Shown in pieces: positions 47,748 to 61,230 of a stretch of 64,000 nt of DNA. This DNA comes from Daphnia carinata (lineage: Eukaryota): assembly GCF_022539665.2 (NCBI RefSeq), contig NC_081331.1, forward strand, positions 8,370,001 through 8,434,000, given 5' to 3'. The notes under the pieces are model-generated. The model saw only the letters and a list, made by a program, of their open reading frames with translations. It did not search any database and had not been told where the DNA came from. Each line of letters starts with the position of its first letter. The first letter of the stretch is position 1. The position numbers were made by a program, and so were the translations under genes.

Positions 47748-48616
47748 TATTACACCACCACAACCTACGCTTCTCCGCCCTACGACATTAAGGCTTCAAA
47801 ACATTGCTGTGCGCGAGCTATACAACAGCTGTTTCGTACTACGTCACTACAGAGGTGCCCAAGTATAACGTAGCTTCAACATACTACAACGCAGTTGCCT
47901 CATCTTATTCGCTGAGAGGGCCTACTGCACTGAAGCCCCGAAGTCCTAACTCTGCCCCAAGTCACTACCCCAAGGCTGCTCCTTCGCGCTATGTGGAACC
48001 TACCTACTACACCACAACTTGTGCTACCTCGTCTTACTTCAGCACAAAGGCTGCAGACTACTACACTACCACGCACGCTCCCCCCAGCTTACTACACTGC
48101 TGCCCCCATGTATTACAAGACGGAGGCTCCACTGTATAACACTACAAAGGCTCTTGAATACACCACAACCTATGATGCACCAAGCTACTATGCAGAAGCC
48201 CCGAAGCACTACGCCACCACTTCCACCGCTCCTTATTACACTGAGGCTTCGCGCTACTACATTACATAGGCTGCCGAGTACTCAACAACGTATGTTTCGC
48301 CAAGTTACTATACCGAGCTTCCCAAGTACTGTACCACTACTTATGCTGCTTCAGTTTACTACACCGAAGCTCCCCAATACTACACCACAAAGGTCGCTGA
48401 ATACTATACTACTGCAGCTCCAGAGATACCAAGAAAGCTGAGTATTACACAACCACCACTCCGCTGCAGCTTACTACACTGAGGCCCAACAGTACTACAT
48501 TAAAAAGTCTCCCGAGTACTACACCACAACGTGTGCTACACCAAGTTATTACACTGAAGCTCCAGTTTACCACACAACAACCTATGCCACTCCTAGCTAC
48601 AACACCGAGCCCCTAA
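47748..48616 (+). pseudogene. Degenerate Tyr/Thr/Pro/Ala-rich repetitive protein gene fragment
   Basis: YYTTTYAAPSYYTEAPKY-like repeats spread over several frames with stops. Confidence 0.7.
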
Positions 48617-49712
48617 CCGAGATTACTGCCTGTCGCTCCTGTCCATGAATGCGAACTGCCAGTCGCTCCCGTTCACACCGCCTTTAACGGACAATTATGG
48701 CAGCGTCTCCGAGATTACCCTACAGGTGACTGTCCAGCACCCGATTAAAGTCACCGTGCAGGAGGTCGCTGTTGAAGTACCCGTTGCCGCTCCCTACGCT
48801 CCCGTTAAAGTTGAGTACGACTTCCCTGCTCTCATCACTGCTCCTGCACCTGCACCAGTTGCTCATCCTGCCCCTGCTCCCGTCAAGATCGAAGACGACT
48901 TCCCTGCTCGAATTTCTGCTCCTGCTCCCGCTCCAGTTGTTTACGCTGCACCTGCCCCAGTCAAGGTGGAGCATAACTTCCCTGGTCGCATTTCGGCACC
49001 TGCCCATGCACCAGTTGTTGTTGCAGCTCGTACTCCCGTTCAGGTTAAGATCTCCGTCGAGTTCGACTTCCCTGCTCCCATCTCCGCACCAGCTCCCACT
49101 CCCATCGTAGCTGTTGCATCAGATATTGTTGCTGCGAACAGTTCAACTAACGGCAAAATCTAATATTTCATTGAATCTTCTGCGCAAAAGCCACCTAGCA
49201 GTATATCGAAGAGAATAATGAAATCCTTAGTAGCCGGGATTTGCGAACGTTCTATTATTTTCGGCACACGATTACCCCTACACGTCCCACTATTAAAATG
49301 TATTACATATACGTAATTATTTATTCAATTTGAAAACTATTAAGATAAATAGGGAACTGAATGAACAAAGCATAAATTTCATTTGTTCTTTTTATCACTG
49401 CGTTCGTTTTTGTAATCGAAATAAAGTATTTTCGTTCCATTGAAACGATTCAAAACTAAACTAGGATACTGGGATCAAACACTTTACTAATGGAAGAAAC
49501 TATAGGTGTCCCCGTCGATTATAAAATGTAGATTAAATTTAATACGGATACGACATACAAGCCCACTCTTTTCTCGCGTGATTTTAGATTGCCTTTGATT
49601 CATATTAACATGTATTTTTTGTACCGATAATACAAGAGATGTCAGCGCATTCCGTACATGAATTTACATAATGTATTCAGTCAGGATTTTAATAATTTTG
49701 TATATCTTATAG

Positions 49713-50018
49713 CCTTCGGACAACATACAAGTCAGAATACACCATCAGCGAAGAGTCTCAGGCCCAGACGAAGATGGAAGGAGTCACCTACAATTCTTAT
49801 GGAAAAGAATCGTACGGTGAAGCCCTAGGCAACACCAACAAAGGTTCCTCCTAATGGGTTTCACCTGAAAGCGAGAAGTTCACTTAGACCTGGGCTGCTG
49901 GCGTAGCTGGATTCCAGCCCAAAAGAGATTACTGCCTGTCGCTCCTGTCCATGAATACGAACTGCCAGTCGCTCCCGTTCACACCGCCTTTAACGGAAAG
50001 AGTTATAGGATTTACTAG
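49713..50018 (+). pseudogene. Decayed cuticle-protein exon 3 (copy C)
   Basis: Reverse complement of 44910-45215. Confidence 0.85.
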
Positions 50019-51422
50019 ATTTCCCGACACACGATTGAATATTTAAAACATGTCCTATAATTTATATCTGTAACATTGAACGCATGGTGTAAATATAAAT
50101 TCAATCAACGTAGGAAACGCCTTTTAATTTTTACGAAATATTGCACAGGTTTACGCGTTTTGTTTTTATCGACGACCATGCAAAAATTTATCGGTAACGG
50201 GTTTGTGAACTACGGTTAGAATAGACGTTGCTTGTGGAATCGAACGCTACTCTAACTTCCGGCTCTCTACCCCACCATTCCACGGACATTCCCCGCGTGA
50301 GCGATGAATCATTTTATTGTTAGTAAACATTTTTTTTTGTATGAAAAAGCATTTTTTATTCAAAATAATTCAGCTGTATCAATTACGTATATCCTGCCAT
50401 TTCCAACACGTAATTCTATCAAGTTGCTTTGATTCGTGCTTTGATGTGCGTGATTGATTTAAATATAATAAAAATATTTGCGAAGCTTAACTAACCCAAA
50501 AGAGTGGGATTGGTCATCACATCCGTTTTAATCCACCGTGTGGACACCTAATTTCCATTTAGAGTTTATAGCGTTTGCCTTCCATGGAACCATCCGGCGC
50601 GGTCACAATCCATCGTTATTTTACCTGCCACGACCTTTGCGTCACTCTTTCCAGCCATTCCTAGACCTGCAATTAGAATTAGATAATCATTAATAAGGCT
50701 ACTATATACACGCAGTAACGGCGCTAGCGAACCAACACCGTTACCAAACATAAATTGTCTTATCAAGTCTTTTATACTGTATAATAGATGATCTAACTAT
50801 CACTGATAAAAATCTACAGTTCATTATGGCACATGTTAAATTTAGCAAACAAAATGAACAAAATTGAAAATTTTAATAAATGAACTTTATTCTTTACTTC
50901 TTTTAATGTCTTTTAAAAAGATTTTTTTCATGCTAGAAATTAATTACATACGAAAAAAAAGCCATAATAGGAAAGTCGGATGGCCTAATTACGGGTCGGG
51001 ATTGGATCGTCTCCCGCCGTAAGGTCGGGAAGCTTCTCCTCGGTCGTCACTAGGTGGCACGTGACTAGCACGCATAACTAAACCGTTCAATTCTTGTAAT
51101 TGTGCCGGTCTTGCAACGTTGGCAATATTATCAGAGAAAACGTGATTAGTAGCTTAGTTGATGTAATTGGTGTAAAACCGGTCACCTTCGTCGCTTTGTT
51201 TTCGACGAATGGCAATGGCAGAAACCAGTGGTAACGAAGGTAACAACTGCCCTGGCTACGACATAAAGAAGTTCCATTCGTATAAGGAAACATTTGTTTT
51301 ACTACTACTCAGATCATTGCCTTTTACGGAAATCAAAACATACTTTGCGTTTATATCTCATCAATAAATTACATTCGGATGGCTCACGCCCTTCAATTTT
51401 CACGGAGGAAAGAGTGTACAAC

Positions 51423-52223
51423 TTAGTAACCAGGTCCAGTGCGCGAATAAGGGAGAGCAGGGGCAACTGGGAGTTCGTATTCGTGAACGGGAGCAACTGG
51501 GAGCTCGTATTCGTGAACGGGGGCTACAGGCAAATGGTCACCTTTGGGCTGGAATCCGGCATCATCAGCGGTCCAGGTCAAAGTGAATTTCTCACCCTCA
51601 GGAGACACCCAGTAGGAAGATCCTTTGTTGGTATTTCCTAGGACTTCACCGTACGATTCTTTTCCGTAAGAGTCGTAGGTGACTCCTTGCATCTTCTTCT
51701 GGACCTGAGACTCTTCACGGGTGGTGTAGTCAGACTGGGCATAGCTGTGAGTTGGAATAATTATTTATTTTAAAATGTGATTATCTTTAAATCTTGAATT
51801 AATGAATATAAAAAATAAACTTACCTCCACTGGCTGCTGCCATCGAGGTTGCGCTCATCAGATTGGCTGGTGATCGTAATGTCAGCGTATTTGTTATCCT
51901 TGTTGTAGGCTGGTGCGGAGTAGGCTGGTGCGGAGTAGGCTGGTACGGAATAGGCAGGTGCGGAGTAGGCTGGTGCGGAGTAGGAAGGAGCAGAGTAGGC
52001 TGGAGCAGAGTAGGCTGGAGCAGAGTAGGCTGGTGCTGGGTACTTTGGTGCAGGGTAGCTTGGTGCAGAGTAGCTTGGAGCTTTGTACTCCGGCTTGTAG
52101 CTGGATGGAACAGCGGCAGCGATGGCCAAGAAAGCGGCGATGATGATCTACGAAAAGAAATTGATAAGCAATGAAACTGTTAAGTGATAAAATCAAAAAT
52201 AAAATGCCGTTTACAAGTTTCAT
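51423..52223 (-). CDS. Cuticle protein CP-B2
   Basis: Same three-exon structure as CP-B1, frame intact. Confidence 0.92.
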
Positions 52224-52824
52224 GTTGACTGCTGTTGAGGAGTTGAACAACTGATGGCTTCAATTACTTTCAGTCAGGCATAAATAGCGGAGAAAAATAT
52301 TGGCTGTGTTCGTTTTCTATTTCATTTCCTTTCTTGACCTAGTTCTGAAAGCGATGAGCATCGCCCTTTGGTGGTTAACTATGCTTCACATTCCAGGCCA
52401 TGGCTATTGCAATGCAGTGATTGCATTCGGTAAATAGCACCAAAAGATAATATGCTTGTCCCAATAATTCAGCAACATTGTCATCTAAAACTTGTATTCA
52501 TAGAATTGAACATACAGTCGTCCTTATTCGTGATTCACGCTACCATACGTTTGTGCTGGAGTAGCAAGGTACTCAGCTAAAGATGCTCAGAAGTTGTTAT
52601 CCCTAACTACAAGTTGGTTTTTCTAAAACAATTCTGTAATGTGGCTGATGTGAAAAGTGAGAGTGCTCTATTCTTGAACAACGCCCAAGTCTAGTTGCTT
52701 GAATGAAATCTGGCTGCCAGAACAACTAGGTCAATCGAATGTAATTTAACATTCACTTGACTATATAAGACCAGAAATGGAGAACCATATGCATCAATTG
52801 TTCATCAAATCAACCTAGTCCAAC

Positions 52825-53605
52825 ATGAAACTTGTAAGGCAATTAATTCTTCATTATTTCCGATTACAATAAAATATTTATGAGTTTTAATTAACGACGA
52901 TACTTTGCCGCCAGTTCTTCGTCGCCACTTTCTTGGCTGTGGCTGCCGCTGTTCCATCCAGCTACAAGCCGGAATACAAAGCTCCCAGCTATCCTGCGCC
53001 AAGCTACCCTGCACCAAAGTACCCTGCACCAGCCTACTCCACACACCAGCCTACCCAGCACCAGCCTACCCAGCACCAGCCTACCCAGCACCAGCCTACC
53101 CTACTCCCAGCTACAACAAGGATAACAAATACGCCGACATCACCATCACCAGCCAATCCGATGAGCGCAACATCGATGGCAGCAGCCAGTGGAGGTTAAT
53201 CAAATTTCATACTTTATGCTCATTAATTTAAGAATTAAAGAAACTCATTCGAAAAATTCAATCATTTCAATCCACAGCTATGCCCAGTCAGACTACACCA
53301 CCCGCGAAGAATCTCAGGTACAGAAGAAGATACAAGGAGTCATCTACGATTCTTACGGGAAAGAATCGTACGGTGAAGTCTTCGGCAACACCAACAAGGG
53401 ATCTTCCTACTGGATCTCCCCCGAAGGCGACAAGTTCACTTTGACCTGGGCTGCCGATGAGGCTGGTTTCCAACCCAAAGGAGATCACTTGCCCGTCGCT
53501 CCCGTCCACGAATACGAACTCCCAGTCGCTCCCGTCCATGAATATGAGCTCCCAGTTGCTCCCGTTCACATCCCCTTCAATGGAAAGGGTTACAAGATCT
53601 ACTAG
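52825..53605 (+). pseudogene. Cuticle protein CP-A2 with 2-bp frameshift
   Basis: TACTCCACACACCAGC (~53035-53050) versus TACTCCACACCAGC in CP-A1/A3. Confidence 0.75.
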
Positions 53606-56600
53606 ATTTCCCGACACGCGATTGAATATTAAAAACATGTCCTATAATTTATGTCTGTATATCGAACGCTTGGTGTAAATATCAATGCAATCAACGCAAG
53701 AAAACGCCTTTTATTTCTACAAAGTATTGCACAGCTTTACACGTTTGTTTCTATAGATGGCCATGCAAATATTTGTCGTAACGAGCTTGTGCACGTCGTT
53801 TATGGAATCGCACACTACTCTAATTCTTTCGGCTCGGTGAACTTTCTTTTAGCGACAACTATAAAATTATTAAAACAACCATAAAAAAACATTTATGTTC
53901 AACTTACCAGTAACGTAAGAAAAAGAGTGGGTTTGGTCTCCATATCCGCATTAATCCACCGTTTATAATTCATGTGGACACCTAATTTCCATTTAGAGTT
54001 TATGGCGTTTCCCTTCCATATAATCAGCTAGTGTGGTCACAATCCATCGTTGTTCAAACTGCCGCGACCTTTGCGTCACTCTTTTCAGCCATTCCCAGAC
54101 CTGCAATTAGATAAACATTCATTAGTAACGCACATATACGCAGTAACGGCGCTAGCGAACCAACACCGTTACCAAACATAAATTGTCTTATCAAGTCTTT
54201 TATACTGTAAAATAGATGATCTAACTATCACTGATAAAAGGCTACAGTTCATTATGGCACATGTTAAATTTAGCAAACAAAATGAACAAAATTAAAAATT
54301 TTAATAAATGAACTTTAGTTTTTACTTCTTTTAATGTCTTTTAAAAAGATTTTTTTTCATGCTAGAAATTAATTACATGCGAAAAAAAGCCATAATAGAA
54401 AAGTCGGATGGTCTAATTACGGGTCGGGATTGGATTGTCTCCCGCCGTAAGACCGGGAAGCTTCTCCTCGGTCACGACAGTTAATATTTGTTAATTTGTA
54501 ATATAAAATGATTGCCATAAAAACATTGTCAATATAAAAAAAAAAATTCGTTTCAACAAAAAATAAACTCCGTCCGTCAAATTGTATATTTAAATAATCA
54601 TGTGATGATTTGAACATGTCGTCATATGATGCAGGAAATTCGTGGTGTTTCGGTTATGAGTACCGTACATTCTTAATCCATACACAGCACGTCTTGAGTT
54701 AGGTATCGCGTTTCAAATGTAGCAAGTAGCTCGTAATAATGGAGAGATTTTATTCCTATATCTAGGTGAAGTAAAAAAGCAATCGGGTGACCTTCTTTCG
54801 AATATTATTCAGTTGATTTTTTGTTCGTGCTTTTTTATTCATGTTTAGAGCAGAGCTGAGCTGCCCTAAAATCGGATATGAAGCTTAGGTTTGACAGTAA
54901 ATATTCTTAATTTACTCGTTGATTTCATTTTATAATGCAATTTTAATGTTTTAGGGAATTGGATGTTCTAGTTCATTTGATCTAACTTCAAACGTGGGCA
55001 CGAGTGATAGTTTTGGAAAAGAGGATGTTATTCTTAAGTAAAAGCGTACACAAAACAATGAAACTTCAAACGTCGACGACTTGTTTCGTTTAACCCTTCA
55101 TGCTTTGATGACTGGTGATACTCAGAAAAAAACTGAAAACTCATTGCTCGGCGAAGGAGCTCTTGAACGGTGCAACGTAGAAGAGTTGGGGCGCCGTGAT
55201 GGCTTTTAAAGGTGGATCCATTCTCTGGAGTACTGAATGAAGGTGCCGATCCGTGGTCATGATGACAGCCGCCGGTGCTGTCCTGGTCGACGAACAGCCG
55301 AGACAGTGATGGCAGATGACGTGCACGAAATTAGACACAACTATATTTACGGAGACGGACATGGTTGTGTTGATTTTTTTCTTGTATTTCGATTCTGTTA
55401 CTCTCGTTGGCGACCATCAGCAGAGAGTAGATGACGAGTTGGCCGCCAAGAAACGGCTCAATCGCTGCTACAAACAGTCTTTTGCCAATCTAAAGAAATT
55501 TGAACTATGCACGATGAGCGGTTTAAATTATTCATACAAAGATGGGTGCCTTGCCTGATTTTTGCGGATCGTTATCACATCTTCCATTAACTTCTTGCGA
55601 GCTAATCTTTCCGTTTCCACTCTAATTCTCGTTTTACTCATTGTTTTTTTGGCCTCTTCCCACTATTACTGAACTATCACGTGGTCAGTTCTAGAGAAGA
55701 ACCATTAAGAGTGAAGAACAAAGTCCGTTGATTGTTGGTCAAGGTGTTGCCACCAGATTTTTCCATTAGGATTCATAAGAATTGCATAAAATACGTGTCC
55801 GCATTTCATATCCGACGCTTAAATCAACATGGAATCAACCACGCCCATTTGGCAGTCTCTTACGAATACCTGAGAATCCCCCCATCTCTCCCATCCCAGT
55901 ACGTTTTCATCTTTACAGAATACCGTAGCAGAAACGAGTGCCAGTCTGCATCAGCCGACAGGTAACCAGTAAACCCTATACTTTTATGTATGTTTTGCAA
56001 TTTCGAGACCTATCCTCGTAAACAACTGATTACAAAGAAATAATCGAGAAAGGATAGAACGAACAAGAACTTTACGACACGTAATTTTTTGACGTAGTCC
56101 AGTAAGTGACACACGGTTCATGCGTCCATGGCGCAGCTGAAACATTGTGCCCCTAGCACGTGCGTTAATGCAACGCACGCAAGTACCCAAGTCGACCAGA
56201 ACATTGAGCCAGGTTTTACGTGGTCATTATAATATTTGGACGTTGAGCTCGACGGTATGTAGCACAACCACCTACCAAATGAGTTCGTGTATCTATTGCA
56301 AAGATTTCATATTACACAGGCTGTATTCGTATGCCGCATTTCATCCCGGAGCTGGATCGCACACCTCACACAGGTGTTGCCTTATTCCATGCAATGTTTT
56401 GATGCATCACCGGCTTTCGCTCGTTAGTAGCGCCACACGTTTCATAAAGGTGACTGCGCACACTAACAGGGTTTTGTACGCACTCTTTTCTATCAGTGGC
56501 TCTCGGTCTGTGCGTCACTTCTTTTGAATCAAAATCTGTATATAAAACGGAGGACGCTGCACCTGCCCCAGTCAAGGTGGAGCATAACTTCCCTGGTCGC

Positions 56601-57323
56601 ATTTCGGCACCTGCCCATGCACCAGTTGTTGTTGCAGCTCGTACTCCCGTTCAGGTTAAGATCTCCGTCGAGTTCGACTTCCCTGCTCCCATCTCCGCAC
56701 CAGCTCCCACTCCCATCGTAGCTGTTGCATCAGATATTGTTGCTGCGAACAGTTCAACTAACGGCAAAATCTAATATTTCATTGAATCTTCTGCGCAAAA
56801 GCCACCTAGCAGTAGATCGAAGAGAATAATGAAACCCTTAGTAGCCGGGATTTGCGAACGTTCTATTATTTTCGGCACACGATTACCCCTACACGTCCCA
56901 CTATTAAAATGTATTACATATACGTAATTATTTATTCAATTTAAAAACTATTAAGATAAATAGGGAACTGAATGAACAAAGCATAAATTTCATTTGTTCT
57001 TTTTATCACTGCGTTCGTTTTTGTAATCGAAATAAAGTATTTTCGTTCCATTGAAACGATTCAAAACTAAACTAGGATACTGGGATCAAACACTTTACTA
57101 ATGGAAGAAACTATAGGTGTCCCCGTCGATTATAAAATGTAGATTAAATTTAATACGGATACGACATACAAGCCCACTCTTTTCTCGCGTGATTTTAGAT
57201 TGCCTTTGATTCATATTAACATGTATTTTTTGTACCGATAATACAAGAGATGTCAGCGCATTCCGTACATGAATTTACATAATGTATTCAGTCAGGATTT
57301 TAATAATTTTGTATATCTTATAG

Positions 57324-57629
57324 CCTTCGGACAACATACAAGTCAGAATACACCATCAGCGAAGAGTCTCAGGCCCAGACGAAGATGGAAGGAGTCACCT
57401 ACAATTCTTATGGAAAAGAATCGTACGGTGAAGCCCTAGGCAACACCAACAAAGGTTCCTCCTAATGGGTTTCACCTGAAAGCGAGAAGTTCACTTAGAC
57501 CTGGGCTGCTGGCGTAGCTGGATTCCAGCCCAAAAGAGATTACTGCCTGTCGCTCCTGTCCATGAATACGAACTGCCAGTCGCTCCCGTTCACACCGCCT
57601 TTAACGGAAAGAGTTATAGGATTTACTAG
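57324..57629 (+). pseudogene. Decayed cuticle-protein exon 3 (copy D)
   Basis: Same as 49713-50018. Confidence 0.85.
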
Positions 57630-59034
57630 ATTTCCCGACACACGATTGAATATTTAAAACATGTCCTATAATTTATATCTGTAACATTGAACGCATGGTG
57701 TAAATATAAATTCAATCAACGTAGGAAACGCCTTTTAATTTTTACGAAATATTGCACAGGTTTACGCGTTTTGTTTTTATCGACGACCATGCAAAAATTT
57801 ATCGGTAACGGGTTTGTGAACTACGGTTAGAATAGACGTTGCTTGTGGAATCGAACGCTACTCTAACTTCCGGCTCTCTACCCCACCATTCCACGGACAT
57901 TCCCCGCGTGAGCGATGAATCATTTTATTGTTAGTAAACATTTTTTTTTGTATGAAAAAGCATTTTTTATTCAAAATAATTCAGCTGTATCAATTACGTA
58001 TATCCTGCCATTTCCAACACGTAATTCTATCAAGTTGCTTTGATTCGTGCTTTGATGTGCGTGATTGATTTAAATATAATAAAAATATTTGCGAAGCTTA
58101 ACTAACCCAAAAGAGTGGGATTGGTCATCACATCCGTTTTAATCCACCGTGTGGACACCTAATTTCCATTTAGAGTTTATAGCGTTTGCCTTCCATGGAA
58201 CCATCCGGCGCGGTCACAATCCATCGTTATTTTACCTGCCACGACCTTTGCGTCACTCTTTCCAGCCATTCCTAGACCTGCAATTAGAATTAGATAATCA
58301 TTAATAAGGCTACTATATACACGCAGTAACGGCGCTAGCGAACCAACACCGTTACCAAACATAAATTGTCTTATCAAGTCTTTTATACTGTATAATAGAT
58401 GATCTAACTATCACTGATAAAAATCTACAGTTCATTATGGCACATGTTAAATTTAGCAAACAAAATGAACAAAATTGAAAATTTTAATAAATGAACTTTA
58501 TTCTTTACTTCTTTTAATGTCTTTTAAAAAGATTTTTTTCATGCTAGAAATTAATTACATACGAAAAAAAAAGCCATAATAGGAAAGTCGGATGGCCTAA
58601 TTACGGGTCGGGATTGGATCGTCTCCCGCCGTAAGGTCGGGAAGCTTCTCCTCGGTCGTCACTAGGTGGCACGTGACTAGCACGCATAACTAAACCGTTC
58701 AATTCCTGTAATTGTGCCGGTCTTGCAACGTTGGCAATATTATCAGAGAAAACGTGATTAGTAGCTTAGTTGATGTAATTGGTGTAAAACCGGTCACCTT
58801 CGTCGCTTTGTTTTCGACGAATGGCAATGGCAGAAACCAGTGGTAACGAAGGTAACAACTGCCCTGGCTACGACATAAAGAAGTTCCATTCGTATAAGGA
58901 AACATTTGTTTTACTACTACTCAGATCATTGCCTTTTACGGAAATCAAAACATACTTTGCGTTTATATCTCATCAATAAATTACATTTGGATGGCTCACG
59001 CCCTTCAATTTTCACGGAGGAAAGAGTGTACAAC

Positions 59035-59850
59035 TTAGTAACCAGGTCCAGTGCGCGAATAAGGGAGAGCAGGGGCAACTGGGAGTTCGTATTCGTGAAC
59101 GGGAGCAACTGGGAGCTCGTATTCGTGAACGGGGGCTACAGGCAAATGGTCACCTTTGGGCTGGAATCCGGCATCATCAGCGGTCCAGGTCAAAGTGAAT
59201 TTCTCACCCTCAGGAGACACCCAGTAGGAAGATCCTTTGTTGGTATTTCCTAGGACTTCACCGTACGATTCTTTTCCGTAAGAGTCGTAGGTGACTCCTT
59301 GCATCTTCTTCTGGACCTGAGACTCTTCACGGGTGGTGTAGTCAGACTGGGCATAGCTGTGAGTTGGAATAATTATTTATTTTAAAATGTGATTATCTTT
59401 AAATCTTGAATTAATGAATATAAAAAATAAACTTACCTCCACTGGCTGCTGCCATCGAGGTTGCGCTCATCAGATTGGCTGGTGATCGTAATGTCAGCGT
59501 ATTTGTTATCCTTGTTGTAGACTGGTGCGGAGTAGGCTGGTGCGGTGTAGGCTGGTGCGGTGTAGGCTGGAGCGGAGTAGGCTGGAGCGGAGTAGGCTGG
59601 AGCGGAGTAGGCTGGTGCGGAGTAGGCTGGTGCGGTGTAGGCTGGTGCGGTGTAGGCTGGTGCGGTGTAGTTTGGTGCAGGGTAGCTTGGTGCAGAGTAG
59701 CTTGGAGCTTTGTACTCCGGCTTGTAGCTGGATGGAACAGCGGCAGCGATGGCCAAGAAAGCGGCGATGATGATCTACGAAAAGAAATTGATAAGCAATG
59801 AAACTGTTAAGTGATAAAATCAAAAATAAAATGCCGTTTACAAGTTTCAT
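59035..59850 (-). CDS. Cuticle protein CP-B3
   Basis: Same exon structure; one extra 5-aa repeat and YTAP variants. Confidence 0.92.
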
Positions 59851-60451
59851 GTTGACTGCTGTTGAGGAGTTGAACAACTGATGGCTTCAATTACTTTCAG
59901 TCAGGCATAAATAGCGGAGAAAAATATTGGCTGTGTTCGTTTTCTATTTCATTTCCTTTCTTGACCTAGTTCTGAAAGCGATGAGCATCGCCCTTTGGTG
60001 GTTAACTATGCTTCACATTCCAGGCCATGGCTATTGCAATGCAGTGATTGCATTCGGTAAATAGCACCAAAAGATAATATGCTTGTCCCAATAATTCAGC
60101 AACATTGTCATCTAAAACTTGTATTCATAGAATTGAACATACAGTCGTCCTTATTCGTGATTCACGCTACCATACGTTTGTGCTGGAGTAGCAAGGTACT
60201 CAGCTAAAGATGCTCAGAAGTTGTTATCCCTAACTACAAGTTGGTTTTTCTAAAACAATTCTGTAATGTGGCTGATGTGAAAAGTGAGAGTGCTCTATTC
60301 TTGAACAACGCCCAAGTCTAGTTGCTTGAATGAAATCTGGCTGCCAGAACAACTAGGTCAATCGAATGTAATTTAACATTCACTTGACTATATAAGACCA
60401 GAAATGGAGAACCATATGCATCAATTGTTCATCAAATCAACCTAGTCCAAC

Positions 60452-61230
60452 ATGAAACTTGTAAGGCAATTAATTCTTCATTATTTCCGATTACAATAAA
60501 ATATTTATGAGTTTTAATTAACGACGATACTTTGCCGCCAGTTCTTCGTCGCCACTTTCTTGGCTGTGGCTGCCGCTGTTCCATCCAGCTACAAGCCGGA
60601 ATACAAAGCTCCCAGCTATCCTGCGCCAAGCTACCCTGCACCAAAGTACCCTGCACCAGCCTACTCCACACCAGCCTACCCAGCACCAGCCTACCCAGCA
60701 CCAGCCTACCCAGCACCAGCCTACCCTACTCCCAGCTACAACAAGGATAACAAATACGCCGACATCACCATCACCAGCCAATCCGATGAGCGCAACATCG
60801 ATGGCAGCAGCCAGTGGAGGTTAATCAAATTTCATACTTTATGCTCATTAATTTAAGAATTAAAGAAACTCATTCGAAAAATTCAATCATTTCAATCCAC
60901 AGCTATGCCCAGTCAGACTACACCACCCGCGAAGAATCTCAGGTACAGAAGAAGATACAAGGAGTCATCTACGATTCTTACGGGAAAGAATCGTACGGTG
61001 AAGTCTTCGGCAACACCAACAAGGGATCTTCCTACTGGATCTCCCCCGAAGGCGACAAGTTCACTTTGACCTGGGCTGCCGATGAGGCTGGTTTCCAGCC
61101 CAAAGGAGATCACTTGCCCGTCGCTCCCGTCCACGAATACGAACTCCCAGTCGCTCCCGTCCATGAATATGAGCTCCCAGTTGCTCCCGTTCACATCCCC
61201 TTCAATGGAAAGGGTTACAAGATCTACTAG
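60452..61230 (+). CDS. Cuticle protein CP-A3
   Basis: Intact three-exon frame; translated exons match CP-A1. Confidence 0.92.

Larger units (their letters stand above)
48943..55454 (-). repeat. Inverted copy C (palindrome arm of 39480-45985)
   Basis: Mirror coordinates sum to 94928 (42705/52223, 43505/51423, 42103/52825, 45985/48943). Confidence 0.95.
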
